Shown here one piece after another: positions 17,400-26,327 of a stretch of 64,000 nucleotides of DNA (the first letter of the stretch is position 1; every line of letters starts with the position of its first letter). The stretch spans positions 22,758 to 86,757 of IMG/VR virus record IMGVR_UViG_3300036861_000805. The stretch is one strand, 5' to 3'. Source of the DNA: a virus. The notes below the pieces were generated by a model, which searched no databases, was not told where the DNA came from, and saw only the letters and a program-made list of their open reading frames with translations. Both the position numbers and the translations under genes were made by a program.

Positions 17400-17958
17400 G
17401 GCCGCTCCATCTCCAGTAGCCGTGCGGAACGAATTCCATCGTCTTGCGCGTCAGACGTTTGTCGTGACGGAAGCCGATCTCCGCCAGATGCTCGATCCAG
17501 TAGCCGTCATTCTTGCAATTGACGTGGTGGTGGCCGCCTTGCCCAGGTTGTCCATGCGTCATGAGCAGAATCTTCGCGGCCCGGAAAGTGGCGAAGAAGT
17601 TCGACATATAGCGCTCTTCGACGTGCTCCACGAATTCGCATGACCAGCAAAGATCGAACTCGCGGCCAGGGACGTAGGGGCCCTTCGTGTAGTCGTGCTG
17701 CACAATCCAGGGATCGCCTTGTGGCATACCCTCGACTCCGAGAACGTCGCAGCCGAGATCGCGGAAGTAGCGGAGCGCATGCCCCTCACCGCAGCCGACG
17801 TCGATCACGGAGCGGACCTTGCGACGCTTCACGATCCAGGACCACAGCTGCGGACAGTAGCTTCCGGCGTCTCCTCCGACGAGATAACCGCCGAGATGAC
17901 CAGCCTTGAGCATGTTGCTGACCATGATGGGCTTCCGAGGAGTTCCGAATTCACTCAC
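17380..17958 (-). CDS. Class I SAM-dependent methyltransferase
   Basis: VIDVGCGEG; FDLCWSCEFVEHV; GQGGHHHVN. Confidence 0.9.
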   Translation of the reverse strand: MSEFGTPRKPIMVSNMLKAGHLGGYLVGGDAGSYCPQLWSWIVKRRKVRSVIDVGCGEGHALRYFRDLGCDVLGVEGMPQGDPWIVQHDYTKGPYVPGREFDLCWSCEFVEHVEERYMSNFFATFRAAKILLMTHGQPGQGGHHHVNCKNDGYWIEHLAEIGFRHDKRLTRKTMEFVPHGYWRWSGLAFVRR

Positions 17959-17970
17959 CGACTTCTCCTC

Positions 17971-19086
17971 TTACTCGAAGAATCCCGTCGCCCAGAGTGT
18001 GTCAAGTTGATCGAACCAACGCATGAACATCGAGCCGACAGCCTCAAGCGAGAACCGCGTAATCGCATAACTTCGGATCGCCTGTCGGTCGAGACTGACC
18101 ACCTCCTCGACTGCAGCTGCGCCCTGCTTGGGGGTGCGAAAGAGTCTCCCGCTGGCGGGACTAAGAAGTTCGGGGAAGGCCCCCCAGTCCGAAGCTACGA
18201 CCGGCGCACCGGCAAGCATGGCCTCGACGGCGACACCACCGAAGGGCTCGATGTACTTGGTGGGCACGAGTACGGCTGCGGCTTTGGCCATCAATTCCGC
18301 ACGTTCGGCGAAGTGCACTTCTCCCACGTATTCGAGATCGCCTGTGATCTCGTCCCCTTCGTAGTTCACGACCCTGCCCTTGCTCCACTCTCGAGCGCCA
18401 GGGCCCGCGATGATGAGCTTGCGTCCTGCACGTTCGGCGATCATGGCCGCGATGTCGACACCCTTACGCTGGATCACGCGGCCCATGTAGAGGAGATAAT
18501 CGCCGGGTTCGGCGAGGTAGAACTGCGCCGGCTCGAAGAAGTTCGGGATCACCTGGTGGTAAGCGGGGCCATCGGTGATTCGGCGCAACCCGTACACGTG
18601 GTGCATCCAGGCATAGCTCTCGAAAGCGGAGAAGGGACTCCAGAATCCCTCGTAGCCGATTCCGTATTCGACGCAGAGCGGGCCGCGCCGACAGTCATCT
18701 CCTGAGATCGCCTGCCCGATCGGCTGCTGCGTTCCGGTGATGAGGCATAGATAGTCGCGCTCGCGCATGCGTTCTCGGATCGCATCGATGGCCTTGACTG
18801 CGGGCTCTTGCCAGTACGGTAGGGCGGCGTCCCACTCGAAGGGTGTGCCCGCAGTGTTGAAGCCTTCCCCGAAACCCCAGCGCTCGCGGTCGGCTTGGGT
18901 CGTGATGACGACGTGCTCGGTCGCGCGGAAGTAGTCATCCGTGATGTCCGGTCCGTACGAGAAGACTTCGCAACCCTGATCGAGCATCATCGGACAGAAG
19001 CGATGGTGCTTCATGGTGTAGGCACAAGTCGAATGTTGCTCGGTCAGCGTTGTGTGCGGCAACGAGATGACATGCAGGCGTCTCAT
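17971..19086 (-). CDS. GT4 (GT-B) glycosyltransferase
   Basis: GRVIQRKG; YIEPFGGVAVEAMLAGAPVVASDWG. Confidence 0.9.
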   Translation of the reverse strand: MRRLHVISLPHTTLTEQHSTCAYTMKHHRFCPMMLDQGCEVFSYGPDITDDYFRATEHVVITTQADRERWGFGEGFNTAGTPFEWDAALPYWQEPAVKAIDAIRERMRERDYLCLITGTQQPIGQAISGDDCRRGPLCVEYGIGYEGFWSPFSAFESYAWMHHVYGLRRITDGPAYHQVIPNFFEPAQFYLAEPGDYLLYMGRVIQRKGVDIAAMIAERAGRKLIIAGPGAREWSKGRVVNYEGDEITGDLEYVGEVHFAERAELMAKAAAVLVPTKYIEPFGGVAVEAMLAGAPVVASDWGAFPELLSPASGRLFRTPKQGAAAVEEVVSLDRQAIRSYAITRFSLEAVGSMFMRWFDQLDTLWATGFFE

Positions 19087-19099
19087 GCCCGCCAGCAGT

Positions 19100-19585
19100 T
19101 CAGCTGGCCCGGATGAAGCCCGCGGACAGATCGACGATGATGTCGTCCCCGTTCGGAACGGCGTAAGAGCCATTCACGATCAGATCATGGGCGCTGACAG
19201 GGACGAGGTTCGCATCCGTACCCGCCGTCGTGTCGTTGTCGTAGGCGATGAGCATCTGCGCCCAGATGTCACCCGCGGAGATGATCGCGAAGGTCTGCAC
19301 GGGGATCGCGATGGTGATCGAGTTCGTGGTGTCGTCGACCGTGTAGGCCGCGAGATCGACATCCGTCAACGTCTTGCGGCCGTACCCCACATTCGTGACC
19401 TCGTTCGTTGTGCCAGCCAGAACATCGGCGACGGTGTCCTTCGTCTTCAGGACTGAGGGCTGCTCGAGTCCAGACTCCGCGAGCACCAGCAGGATGAAGG
19501 CGCTGTTCGTGGGATCGTTGTTGTTGACGCGGTTGTAGAGCTCGACCTCGCGTCCCAGAGAGACATTCGCCTGCCACTGGGGCAT
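19100..19585 (-). CDS. Virion structural protein (tail/fibre-associated)
   Basis: NEVTNVGYGRKTL...PNGDDI, a recurrent phage structural family. Confidence 0.7.
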   Translation of the reverse strand: MPQWQANVSLGREVELYNRVNNNDPTNSAFILLVLAESGLEQPSVLKTKDTVADVLAGTTNEVTNVGYGRKTLTDVDLAAYTVDDTTNSITIAIPVQTFAIISAGDIWAQMLIAYDNDTTAGTDANLVPVSAHDLIVNGSYAVPNGDDIIVDLSAGFIRAS

Positions 19586-19737
19586 TACTTCACCGGCCTG
19601 GGCGTGATCGTCTGCGGGCCCTTGATCGTGACCTTGGCGGGTAGCACAGTGCGCCTGGTTAGAACGAGCTCGGGCCGCATCTGCTGTTCGTTGCCGCTGC
19701 GAGTTACGGTAGCCTCAAGAACTTCGCTCTTGGACAC
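19585..19737 (-). CDS. Small hypothetical protein (50 aa)
   Basis: VSKSEVLEATVTRSG...; TAATG coupling to the next gene. Confidence 0.4.
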   Translation of the reverse strand: MSKSEVLEATVTRSGNEQQMRPELVLTRRTVLPAKVTIKGPQTITPRPVK

Positions 19738-19746
19738 GTCAGGATC

Positions 19747-21072
19747 CTAGACTCCGTCACGGACGCCGTCGAAGCCTCTGAGACCTCTACCGAAGCCGAG
19801 CCCAGCTCGCCGATCCGCATATCTCCAGTTCATGCCCACGATGGGCTGGAAATCCTCGCCCACCAACTCCGTTACCGTGCCACGATCGCGTGCGCTGTCG
19901 TGCGCGAGCCCGCCCGACTGCCGCTGGAAGCTGCCGAAGGCCTGTGAGTGCCGGTTACCTGCAGTCTGCGGATGACGAAACGGCGGCGCGTCCACATCCT
20001 GGAATGAGACGACGCCTTGGTTGAGGGCTGCATCGCAGACCCCGAAGCCGATGGACGAGCCGTTCGTCGCTGGACTGTACTCCGTTTCCGCGGACTCGTG
20101 GGCCAGATCGTTGGCGAAGAACACCAGTCCGCGCGGCAGGTACGGCGTCGTGACGCTGCCCGTCTGGCCGCTCGTGTGGTGGTAGACCCAGCGCCCGACG
20201 GCGGCATCCTCGAAGGCCATCCACGCGTACTGTCGCGCGATGCTCCCCTCAACCTTCGTGAAGTTGAGCGTGAAGCCGTCGGCATCCATGGAGTCCAGCT
20301 CGGCTGTCACCTGCAAAACGGGGTGATAGTCGGTCACGCCAGGGATGGGAGCGAAGACGTTTGCATCGCGGGTCATGGCGATGCACTTATCGCCCTGGGC
20401 GATCTGGTTCGTGTAGACGTCACCTGAAAGTGAGCCGCACCAGATACTGAACTGGTTATTGGCGTCGTCGGCCGCACCGATCATCACCCGCGCCATGCTC
20501 GCGTCCGCGATCTCCAGCGTCGTCACTTGCGTCGTTACGAACAACACCGCCCCAGGCGTGAAGCCAAGGCCGCTGATGGACTGCAAGCCGGGAGCGCTCG
20601 GTGACAACTCAACGCCGCAGTCGTAGCCACCCTGCCCGGCGAGCGCCAGGTAGAGCACATCTAGGTCGAAAGGCAGCGGGTTCGGCACATTGAAGGCGAA
20701 ACCATCATCCGCGAAGCCGTTGAAGTCGGCCAGCTCGGGCAAGATCTGAAGCTCGCTGAGCCAAGCGCTGCGCTGCGTCGTCGTGAGATAGGGATGGAAG
20801 ACCTTGGCCCCAAACTGATGCCCCCTGGCTGCCCCGCCGAGGAAGAAATAGTTGGAGGCCGCGACACCGTTGCCCGGATAGTGCGCAGTGACGATCAGGG
20901 CCTCCGGGCGAAAGGCGAGACCCGTCTGCGCCGGGTAGCTCTCCTCCGGCAACGCACTGCTGAGAGTAATGACGCCAGCCGCCGACTGCCGCTCGCTTCC
21001 CATGAGTGCGAGCCAGTGGCGATAGCGGTCGGCGTTCGAGGCATTGACTGCCGTGTACTCGAAGCCACTCAT
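19747..21072 (-). CDS. Tail fibre/receptor-binding-like protein
   Basis: Repeated 'GF.P.A(V/L)' and 'D.DGF.LN' beta units. Confidence 0.65.
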   Translation of the reverse strand: MSGFEYTAVNASNADRYRHWLALMGSERQSAAGVITLSSALPEESYPAQTGLAFRPEALIVTAHYPGNGVAASNYFFLGGAARGHQFGAKVFHPYLTTTQRSAWLSELQILPELADFNGFADDGFAFNVPNPLPFDLDVLYLALAGQGGYDCGVELSPSAPGLQSISGLGFTPGAVLFVTTQVTTLEIADASMARVMIGAADDANNQFSIWCGSLSGDVYTNQIAQGDKCIAMTRDANVFAPIPGVTDYHPVLQVTAELDSMDADGFTLNFTKVEGSIARQYAWMAFEDAAVGRWVYHHTSGQTGSVTTPYLPRGLVFFANDLAHESAETEYSPATNGSSIGFGVCDAALNQGVVSFQDVDAPPFRHPQTAGNRHSQAFGSFQRQSGGLAHDSARDRGTVTELVGEDFQPIVGMNWRYADRRAGLGFGRGLRGFDGVRDGV

Positions 21073-21842
21073 CCGATGATCGTCCCGAAGGTGTAGCCGG
21101 CGGCGGAAATGTTCTCCATGACTACCTCGACAGGTACCTGACTCACGCGCGCCTTTCCAGTTGTCGGCGAGACAACCGCCTCCGTCGGTCCCTGCGACAG
21201 TCGCGCCCGCGTATTTGCGGTATAGACGGCAACCGTCCACATCATGTTCTGGACCGCAACGGAGACCGCCCACGTACCGGGATCTTCCGTCCCGTCGTCG
21301 CTAGTCACCTGTTTCGATGCGCCGAGCACGCCGATGATCGCACCTGAAGCGGTGCCGACGAACAAGGTCGCATTGGAGTAGCCGCTTGGCCCCGATGTCA
21401 GGGTGGCTGAACGATCGAAGCCTCCGACTGAGAGCCAAAGAACGTCATAACCCGATCGAAGCGCATCGAGAGAGGGAGAATTTGGGTTGGCATTGGCGCT
21501 GTTCGATGCGGGCGTCCCGATTACAAGCGAGTCGCCCCCCGTGATGCGGTAGCAGAGGGCGACGATGGGCCGCGACGTCCCGAGTGTGACGGTGATCGTC
21601 GCACCCTCGGTCCCATCGGCGATTCGCCAGGCGCAAGATTGCGTGTCGTCCGAGGCATCGAGACTTGTCTCGTCTAGCTCCGTCCATCCAGCCGGCCAGG
21701 AGATTGTGGTTCCGGCTGTGGCACGGACGACAGCAAAAAGAATGTCGCCAGAGGAGATGCTCCCCGGAAGGTTGACCGCTTGACTCAGACTCCCAGTGGG
21801 CTGATCGGTCGTCGCTCGAGCGGCATCTACCGGAGCGGCCAT
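21069..21842 (-). CDS. Minor tail/structural beta-sandwich protein
   Basis: GDIL...P.GWT pattern; S/T/G-rich. Confidence 0.65.
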   Translation of the reverse strand: MAAPVDAARATTDQPTGSLSQAVNLPGSISSGDILFAVVRATAGTTISWPAGWTELDETSLDASDDTQSCAWRIADGTEGATITVTLGTSRPIVALCYRITGGDSLVIGTPASNSANANPNSPSLDALRSGYDVLWLSVGGFDRSATLTSGPSGYSNATLFVGTASGAIIGVLGASKQVTSDDGTEDPGTWAVSVAVQNMMWTVAVYTANTRARLSQGPTEAVVSPTTGKARVSQVPVEVVMENISAAGYTFGTIIG

Positions 21843-21846
21843 CTAA

Positions 21847-22881
21847 CTAGACAGAAACCTTCGCACCGAATTCAGCGCTGTTCACGTCACTGATTGACCA
21901 CGCCCCTCCACCCGGCTTCGTCTCACGAATATCCGGGTAGTAGGAATAGCCGACGCTAAGCGCCTTGTCCGAGCTGTCAACCTCCGTTCCCGCAAGCCTT
22001 GCGACACTGACGATCGAGCGTGTGCCCGCATCTGTCTTAGCGGCGTAGGGAAGCGGTTGCACACCGAATACCGTTCCGGCAGTCGGGGTCAGATTGGTCA
22101 TGGCGTAGGTGTCCTTGTCGCCAACGTCAGGAGATTCGACGTAATCCGTGTCGCTGTTCGGCGTAGCCTCGTCGACGAGCAGGTAATTGTCCGTCGAGTT
22201 GCCATCTGATCCATCGAACTGGCTGGAATTGCCGTTGCCGTTCGGGAAGAGAGCCTCGACGCGGACGTCTCCGAGAAAGCTGTTTGTCGGCGAGCCCCCG
22301 GTGCCGTCGCAGAGATAAAGATCGTCGAAAAACCAGGTACTCTGCGCTCCCCCAGAGGATGCTCCCGCCGCATAGAGCCGGAGACGGTCGGCACTTGCGT
22401 TTGCCGCGTTCCGCGTATCTCCGGAGAAGTTGATGTCGGTGACTCCGTTCACCTTGACGATCGCCACACCGTTGACATCATCGATAATGACCTTCATTTC
22501 TATGTAGTACCAAGTGTTCAGGGAGAGCGGAATCGTGCCGGTCGCGAGCACAGTTCCGTTCCGCGTTGCTTGGAGGAAGGTTCCGTTGAAGCGGAGATCG
22601 ACGTGGAGTGTGCCGCCGTCGAAGAAGCCGAACAGTCCGCCAGGGTTGGTGCCCGGCGAGCCGAAGTCGGAAGACGTAAGCGCCGCGCCGACGATCCAGG
22701 TCGCTTGCGCGTTGAGGACTTTGATGAGACTCCCGTTGCTCTGTAGCTGCAGTCGGCTACCGCCAAGTCGTCCCGCTCCGACTACTGCCGGGGCTCCGCC
22801 GGAGGTACCCGCAGAAGTCCATTTCTGTGCGAGTTGAGCGGTCGCATAATGATCCCACCCGTCGATAAAACGAAGCGCCAT
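21847..22881 (-). CDS. Minor tail protein with LamG/concanavalin-like domain
   Basis: WYYIE.K...V.VNG...FDDLY. Confidence 0.7.
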   Translation of the reverse strand: MALRFIDGWDHYATAQLAQKWTSAGTSGGAPAVVGAGRLGGSRLQLQSNGSLIKVLNAQATWIVGAALTSSDFGSPGTNPGGLFGFFDGGTLHVDLRFNGTFLQATRNGTVLATGTIPLSLNTWYYIEMKVIIDDVNGVAIVKVNGVTDINFSGDTRNAANASADRLRLYAAGASSGGAQSTWFFDDLYLCDGTGGSPTNSFLGDVRVEALFPNGNGNSSQFDGSDGNSTDNYLLVDEATPNSDTDYVESPDVGDKDTYAMTNLTPTAGTVFGVQPLPYAAKTDAGTRSIVSVARLAGTEVDSSDKALSVGYSYYPDIRETKPGGGAWSISDVNSAEFGAKVSV

Positions 22882-22884
22882 TTA

Positions 22885-24504
22885 TCAGCTCCTTTGCACC
22901 GTAAGCGAAACCGTAACGCGGGTAATGGTCGTCACCGAATCGACATTGAAGCCGAGAATGTCGCCGGCGGTGATGCTCGTAGTCCAGCCGGAGAGAGTCG
23001 TGTCCTGTGATTTCGTCGCCGAGGAGATGGTGGGTGGCGTCGCTGAGGTAATCGAGTCCGGGTCCGTTGGAGGATAGTTAGCGTAAGTGTCTTTCCAGAT
23101 ATCGATGACGATGCTCCCACTCTGGTCAGCGAACAGCCGCGCAGCGGTAATCGTGCAGTTGAAGGGCACTTCCAGATATCCCTTCTGGCCCGTCGTAATC
23201 ACTACCCCGCCGCCGTCGATGACGAACTCGATGGCCAGAACCGTTCCGCCAGGGCCTGTCGCGCCAGTAGCTCCGTTCGCTCCAGTCGCTCCCTGTGCCC
23301 CGGTCGCTCCAGCGCTTCCGGCCGTACCGGTGGCGCCGGTAGCTCCCGGCACTCCGGGAGCGAAGGCGACGACGGTGTCGCCGAGCGCAGTCGAGAGCGC
23401 GATACCCGAATCGTCGATGTAGGTGACGTGGATGCGGCGGTAGCCGGAGACAGTGTCGATGGCGTCGATGCGGTAGACGACCCAGCGCGTCGGGTCCGTC
23501 TCGCTGAGGATCTTCAGATAGCCCGGGACGGTCGCAAAGAGGTCGAGCCACGCGGTAACGTCGCTGCCCCACGTGTCGAGCAGGTCTATATACAGCTCCG
23601 TGACTGCGGAATAGGTCGCGCTGTTGAAGCGCAGGTTCCCGGAACCGGGATCCGCGTCAGTCGTGGAGGAGTCGTCGAAGTTGAACTCGAAGGCGTCTGA
23701 ACCAAGCGCGCCCTGCGCGCCGGTCGCTCCGGTGGCCCCGCCTGGCGAGCCAGTCGCCCCTGTCGCGCCAGAATCGCCGTCCGAGCCGTCAATGCCCGCC
23801 AAGCCAGTCGCTCCAGTTGCCCCGTCAGGAGGGCCTGCTGGCCCCGTAGCACCCGTGGCACCCGCTCCGGTCGCTCCGGTTGCGCCTGTGGCTCCCGTGG
23901 CTCCTGCGACGCCCGTAGGCCCCGTAGCACCGCCTGGCGAGCCCGCCGCTCCGGTAGCACCTGTCGCTCCGATGCCGGTCGCGCCAGTGAAACCGCGCAC
24001 GCCAGTTGCGCCGGTAGCGCCACTTGCACCCGTGTAGCCGCGAGGCCCGGCGCTTCCCGCCGGGCCTGCCGGGCCCGTTGCACCCGCACTGCCCGAGGCG
24101 GGCCAGTAGATGCGCACCTCCCCGTCGTCGTAGTCGATCGTGACCCGGCCAACCTGGAACTCAGACGTTGCCGGATCCCAGACGTCAACGAGGAAGGAGA
24201 CGTTGTGTGGAGGTCGGAAGGTGGGTTCGACTCCCACGACGTCGGGCAGGATGCAAGCAACTGTTCCCGAGACTCCGGGGATAAGTGTGCCCTTGAACTC
24301 GAGCGAGTTGTCCGCATGCAGCCGGTACTGAAAATCTCCGAGGGAGAGCTCGGGATGCGTGTCGGAGGGCTGCGTCCACGTTCCGAGCAGCGTGGGCGTA
24401 TTCCAGCGACCGGCGAGCGGCCGGCGCTCCTGTCTCGTTACTCGCTGATCGACGTATCGCTGACGGCGTTCCGGGTCGTTCTCGTCGTAGACCGGGCGAC
24501 TCAT
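22885..24504 (-). CDS. Collagen-like (GAT-repeat) tail fibre
   Basis: Two GXT collagen tracts flanking a globular domain; C-terminal beta domain. Confidence 0.8.
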   Translation of the reverse strand: MSRPVYDENDPERRQRYVDQRVTRQERRPLAGRWNTPTLLGTWTQPSDTHPELSLGDFQYRLHADNSLEFKGTLIPGVSGTVACILPDVVGVEPTFRPPHNVSFLVDVWDPATSEFQVGRVTIDYDDGEVRIYWPASGSAGATGPAGPAGSAGPRGYTGASGATGATGVRGFTGATGIGATGATGAAGSPGGATGPTGVAGATGATGATGATGAGATGATGPAGPPDGATGATGLAGIDGSDGDSGATGATGSPGGATGATGAQGALGSDAFEFNFDDSSTTDADPGSGNLRFNSATYSAVTELYIDLLDTWGSDVTAWLDLFATVPGYLKILSETDPTRWVVYRIDAIDTVSGYRRIHVTYIDDSGIALSTALGDTVVAFAPGVPGATGATGTAGSAGATGAQGATGANGATGATGPGGTVLAIEFVIDGGGVVITTGQKGYLEVPFNCTITAARLFADQSGSIVIDIWKDTYANYPPTDPDSITSATPPTISSATKSQDTTLSGWTTSITAGDILGFNVDSVTTITRVTVSLTVQRS

Positions 24505-25812
24505 CTAAATTGAATCCTGGTCGGGGGACGTCTCGAACTCACCAAGCGTCTCGACATCGTCGTCGTCGACGTCCACCGTGTATCCGTAGATGCGCATGCC
24601 GCCGGACTCTGTCATGCGGCTCTTCTGACCCATGTTTACGGTCACGAGATCGCCGACGTCGAAGTCTCCGGGAAGGAAGATGTCCATGCCCGCGGGCACC
24701 GTCGTGAACTGGCTCTTGCGCACGGGCGTGATGTAGAGCATCTCGCGCGGCTTCGCCCGCAACAGGCTCTCCACCTGCCACTGGCGTACGAACAGAGGAT
24801 AGGCCGAATCCTCGGAGCCGAAGTTGTCGTAGACGTTGATCAGCATGAAGACGCCGATTTCGCTGCGGGAGGTCCAGATGAGGTTTCCAAGCGGACCGAC
24901 GACGGGATACACGCGACCACCGGGAGGGTTGAAGGCGGCAGTGATGAGGTCTGGATGATCTGCCGTCACGTTTGCTCGCCAGTGCTGCTGATCCATGCGC
25001 TGGCCGAGGAAGTACCAGAGCTTGGTCGCGATCGAGCTCATGTCCTCGGAGCGACGGAAGCGCGAGATGTTGTCCGCATCCGCCTCGATGCCGTAGTCGA
25101 AGTGCACGCTCGAGGTGCGATCGGTGCCGAAATCGCCGTTGTAGCAGTGCACGATTCCCATGTTCTGAAAGCCTTCGGCTCCGATTCCTCCCACGACCGG
25201 CTCGATGTAGATGTCGAGCTCTCCGCTGTTGGTCAGAAGGGTCGCCACCTCAGCGATCGACATGGGAAAGTCTGTGGGCGCACCCCGGAGATCCGCCCCT
25301 CCTGTCGCGTAGGTCGAGGCTGCGAGATCTAGGAAGAGTTGCCCCTCCGCATCGTCGGGGATCTCCGCGGGGTTTTCCGAGGCGAGGAGGATCTCCTCCA
25401 TGATCTGCGGCCCTGTCTGGTTGCGGACGATGAACTGCGGGTCCGAGAAGTCCCCGACCGTGTGCCCGGGAGAAGCGACGCCGTCACGCGCCGGGCGGTA
25501 GGGCCAGACCCTCATCGGATCGTAGGACGTGACGCGTGTATAGGCGATGTCCTCATCCCCTTCGTCCTCCACGATCCAGCAGAGGCCGTGGTGGAAGAGC
25601 CCCATGGAATCGAGGTTGAACTCGATCTGGCGATAGCCCGCACAGATCAGCGGGCGGCCGTCATCCTGAGTCTCGCCTGCGATCGAGGAAGGAATGCGGA
25701 AGGTGCAGGAGCTGGGTCGACTCAGCCGGCGCCTGCCCTGTTTGTCGAAAGCGTAGGTGTAGATGTCTCCCAGCGAGGTGCCATCTCGCTTCCTAACGAC
25801 GAGCGAGCCCAT
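24505..25812 (-). CDS. Minor tail (Tal/Gp37-like hub) protein
   Basis: Directly after Dit; F.VGDLVTV C-terminal motif. Confidence 0.7.
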   Translation of the reverse strand: MGSLVVRKRDGTSLGDIYTYAFDKQGRRRLSRPSSCTFRIPSSIAGETQDDGRPLICAGYRQIEFNLDSMGLFHHGLCWIVEDEGDEDIAYTRVTSYDPMRVWPYRPARDGVASPGHTVGDFSDPQFIVRNQTGPQIMEEILLASENPAEIPDDAEGQLFLDLAASTYATGGADLRGAPTDFPMSIAEVATLLTNSGELDIYIEPVVGGIGAEGFQNMGIVHCYNGDFGTDRTSSVHFDYGIEADADNISRFRRSEDMSSIATKLWYFLGQRMDQQHWRANVTADHPDLITAAFNPPGGRVYPVVGPLGNLIWTSRSEIGVFMLINVYDNFGSEDSAYPLFVRQWQVESLLRAKPREMLYITPVRKSQFTTVPAGMDIFLPGDFDVGDLVTVNMGQKSRMTESGGMRIYGYTVDVDDDDVETLGEFETSPDQDSI

Positions 25813-26324
25813 TAGACGGGGAAGCTGCCCGAAGGTGGATAGGTGACGTAATCCGGATCGGCCGCAATCAGCCCGAAGTTGAAGAGTCGCCACTGGATCC
25901 CGGTGAAGCCGACGGGGGGATCGTGGGCGCGCACGATGAGCTGGTGCTCGCTGAGACCTCGCGGCGTCCAGGTGAGGGTCCCGTCCGCGCGCTCGATGGA
26001 CTTGAGCGCCGCCTTCAGATACTGCTCCATGAGATTGCGCGCGATTCCCGTGGCGTTCGAGTTCGAGTTGCGCGTCGATCGGATGATGATGACGCCGGGG
26101 ATCGTCAGTACACGAGGGCCCTCAAGGCGACCGTGCACAAGGCCTCCGTCTGTATTCGGACGGTTGTCCGTCGGGATCCGCAAGGGGGCGCCATCGAGCC
26201 CGTCGATCTCATCCCCGATATAGAACTCGTCCTCGCCGTAGGAGTTGAAGCGATCGAGACCCGTGTGGTTGAAGGTGATCGTTCCCCAAGGGGTGTCGAG
26301 CACATACGGAACGGTGACGTCCAT
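25812..26324 (-). CDS. Distal tail (Dit-like) protein
   Basis: Follows TMP; GLDG.P.R....RP..DG...R.LT..G...L.A.DP. Confidence 0.75.
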   Translation of the reverse strand: MDVTVPYVLDTPWGTITFNHTGLDRFNSYGEDEFYIGDEIDGLDGAPLRIPTDNRPNTDGGLVHGRLEGPRVLTIPGVIIIRSTRNSNSNATGIARNLMEQYLKAALKSIERADGTLTWTPRGLSEHQLIVRAHDPPVGFTGIQWRLFNFGLIAADPDYVTYPPSGSFPV

Positions 26325-26327
26325 CTC

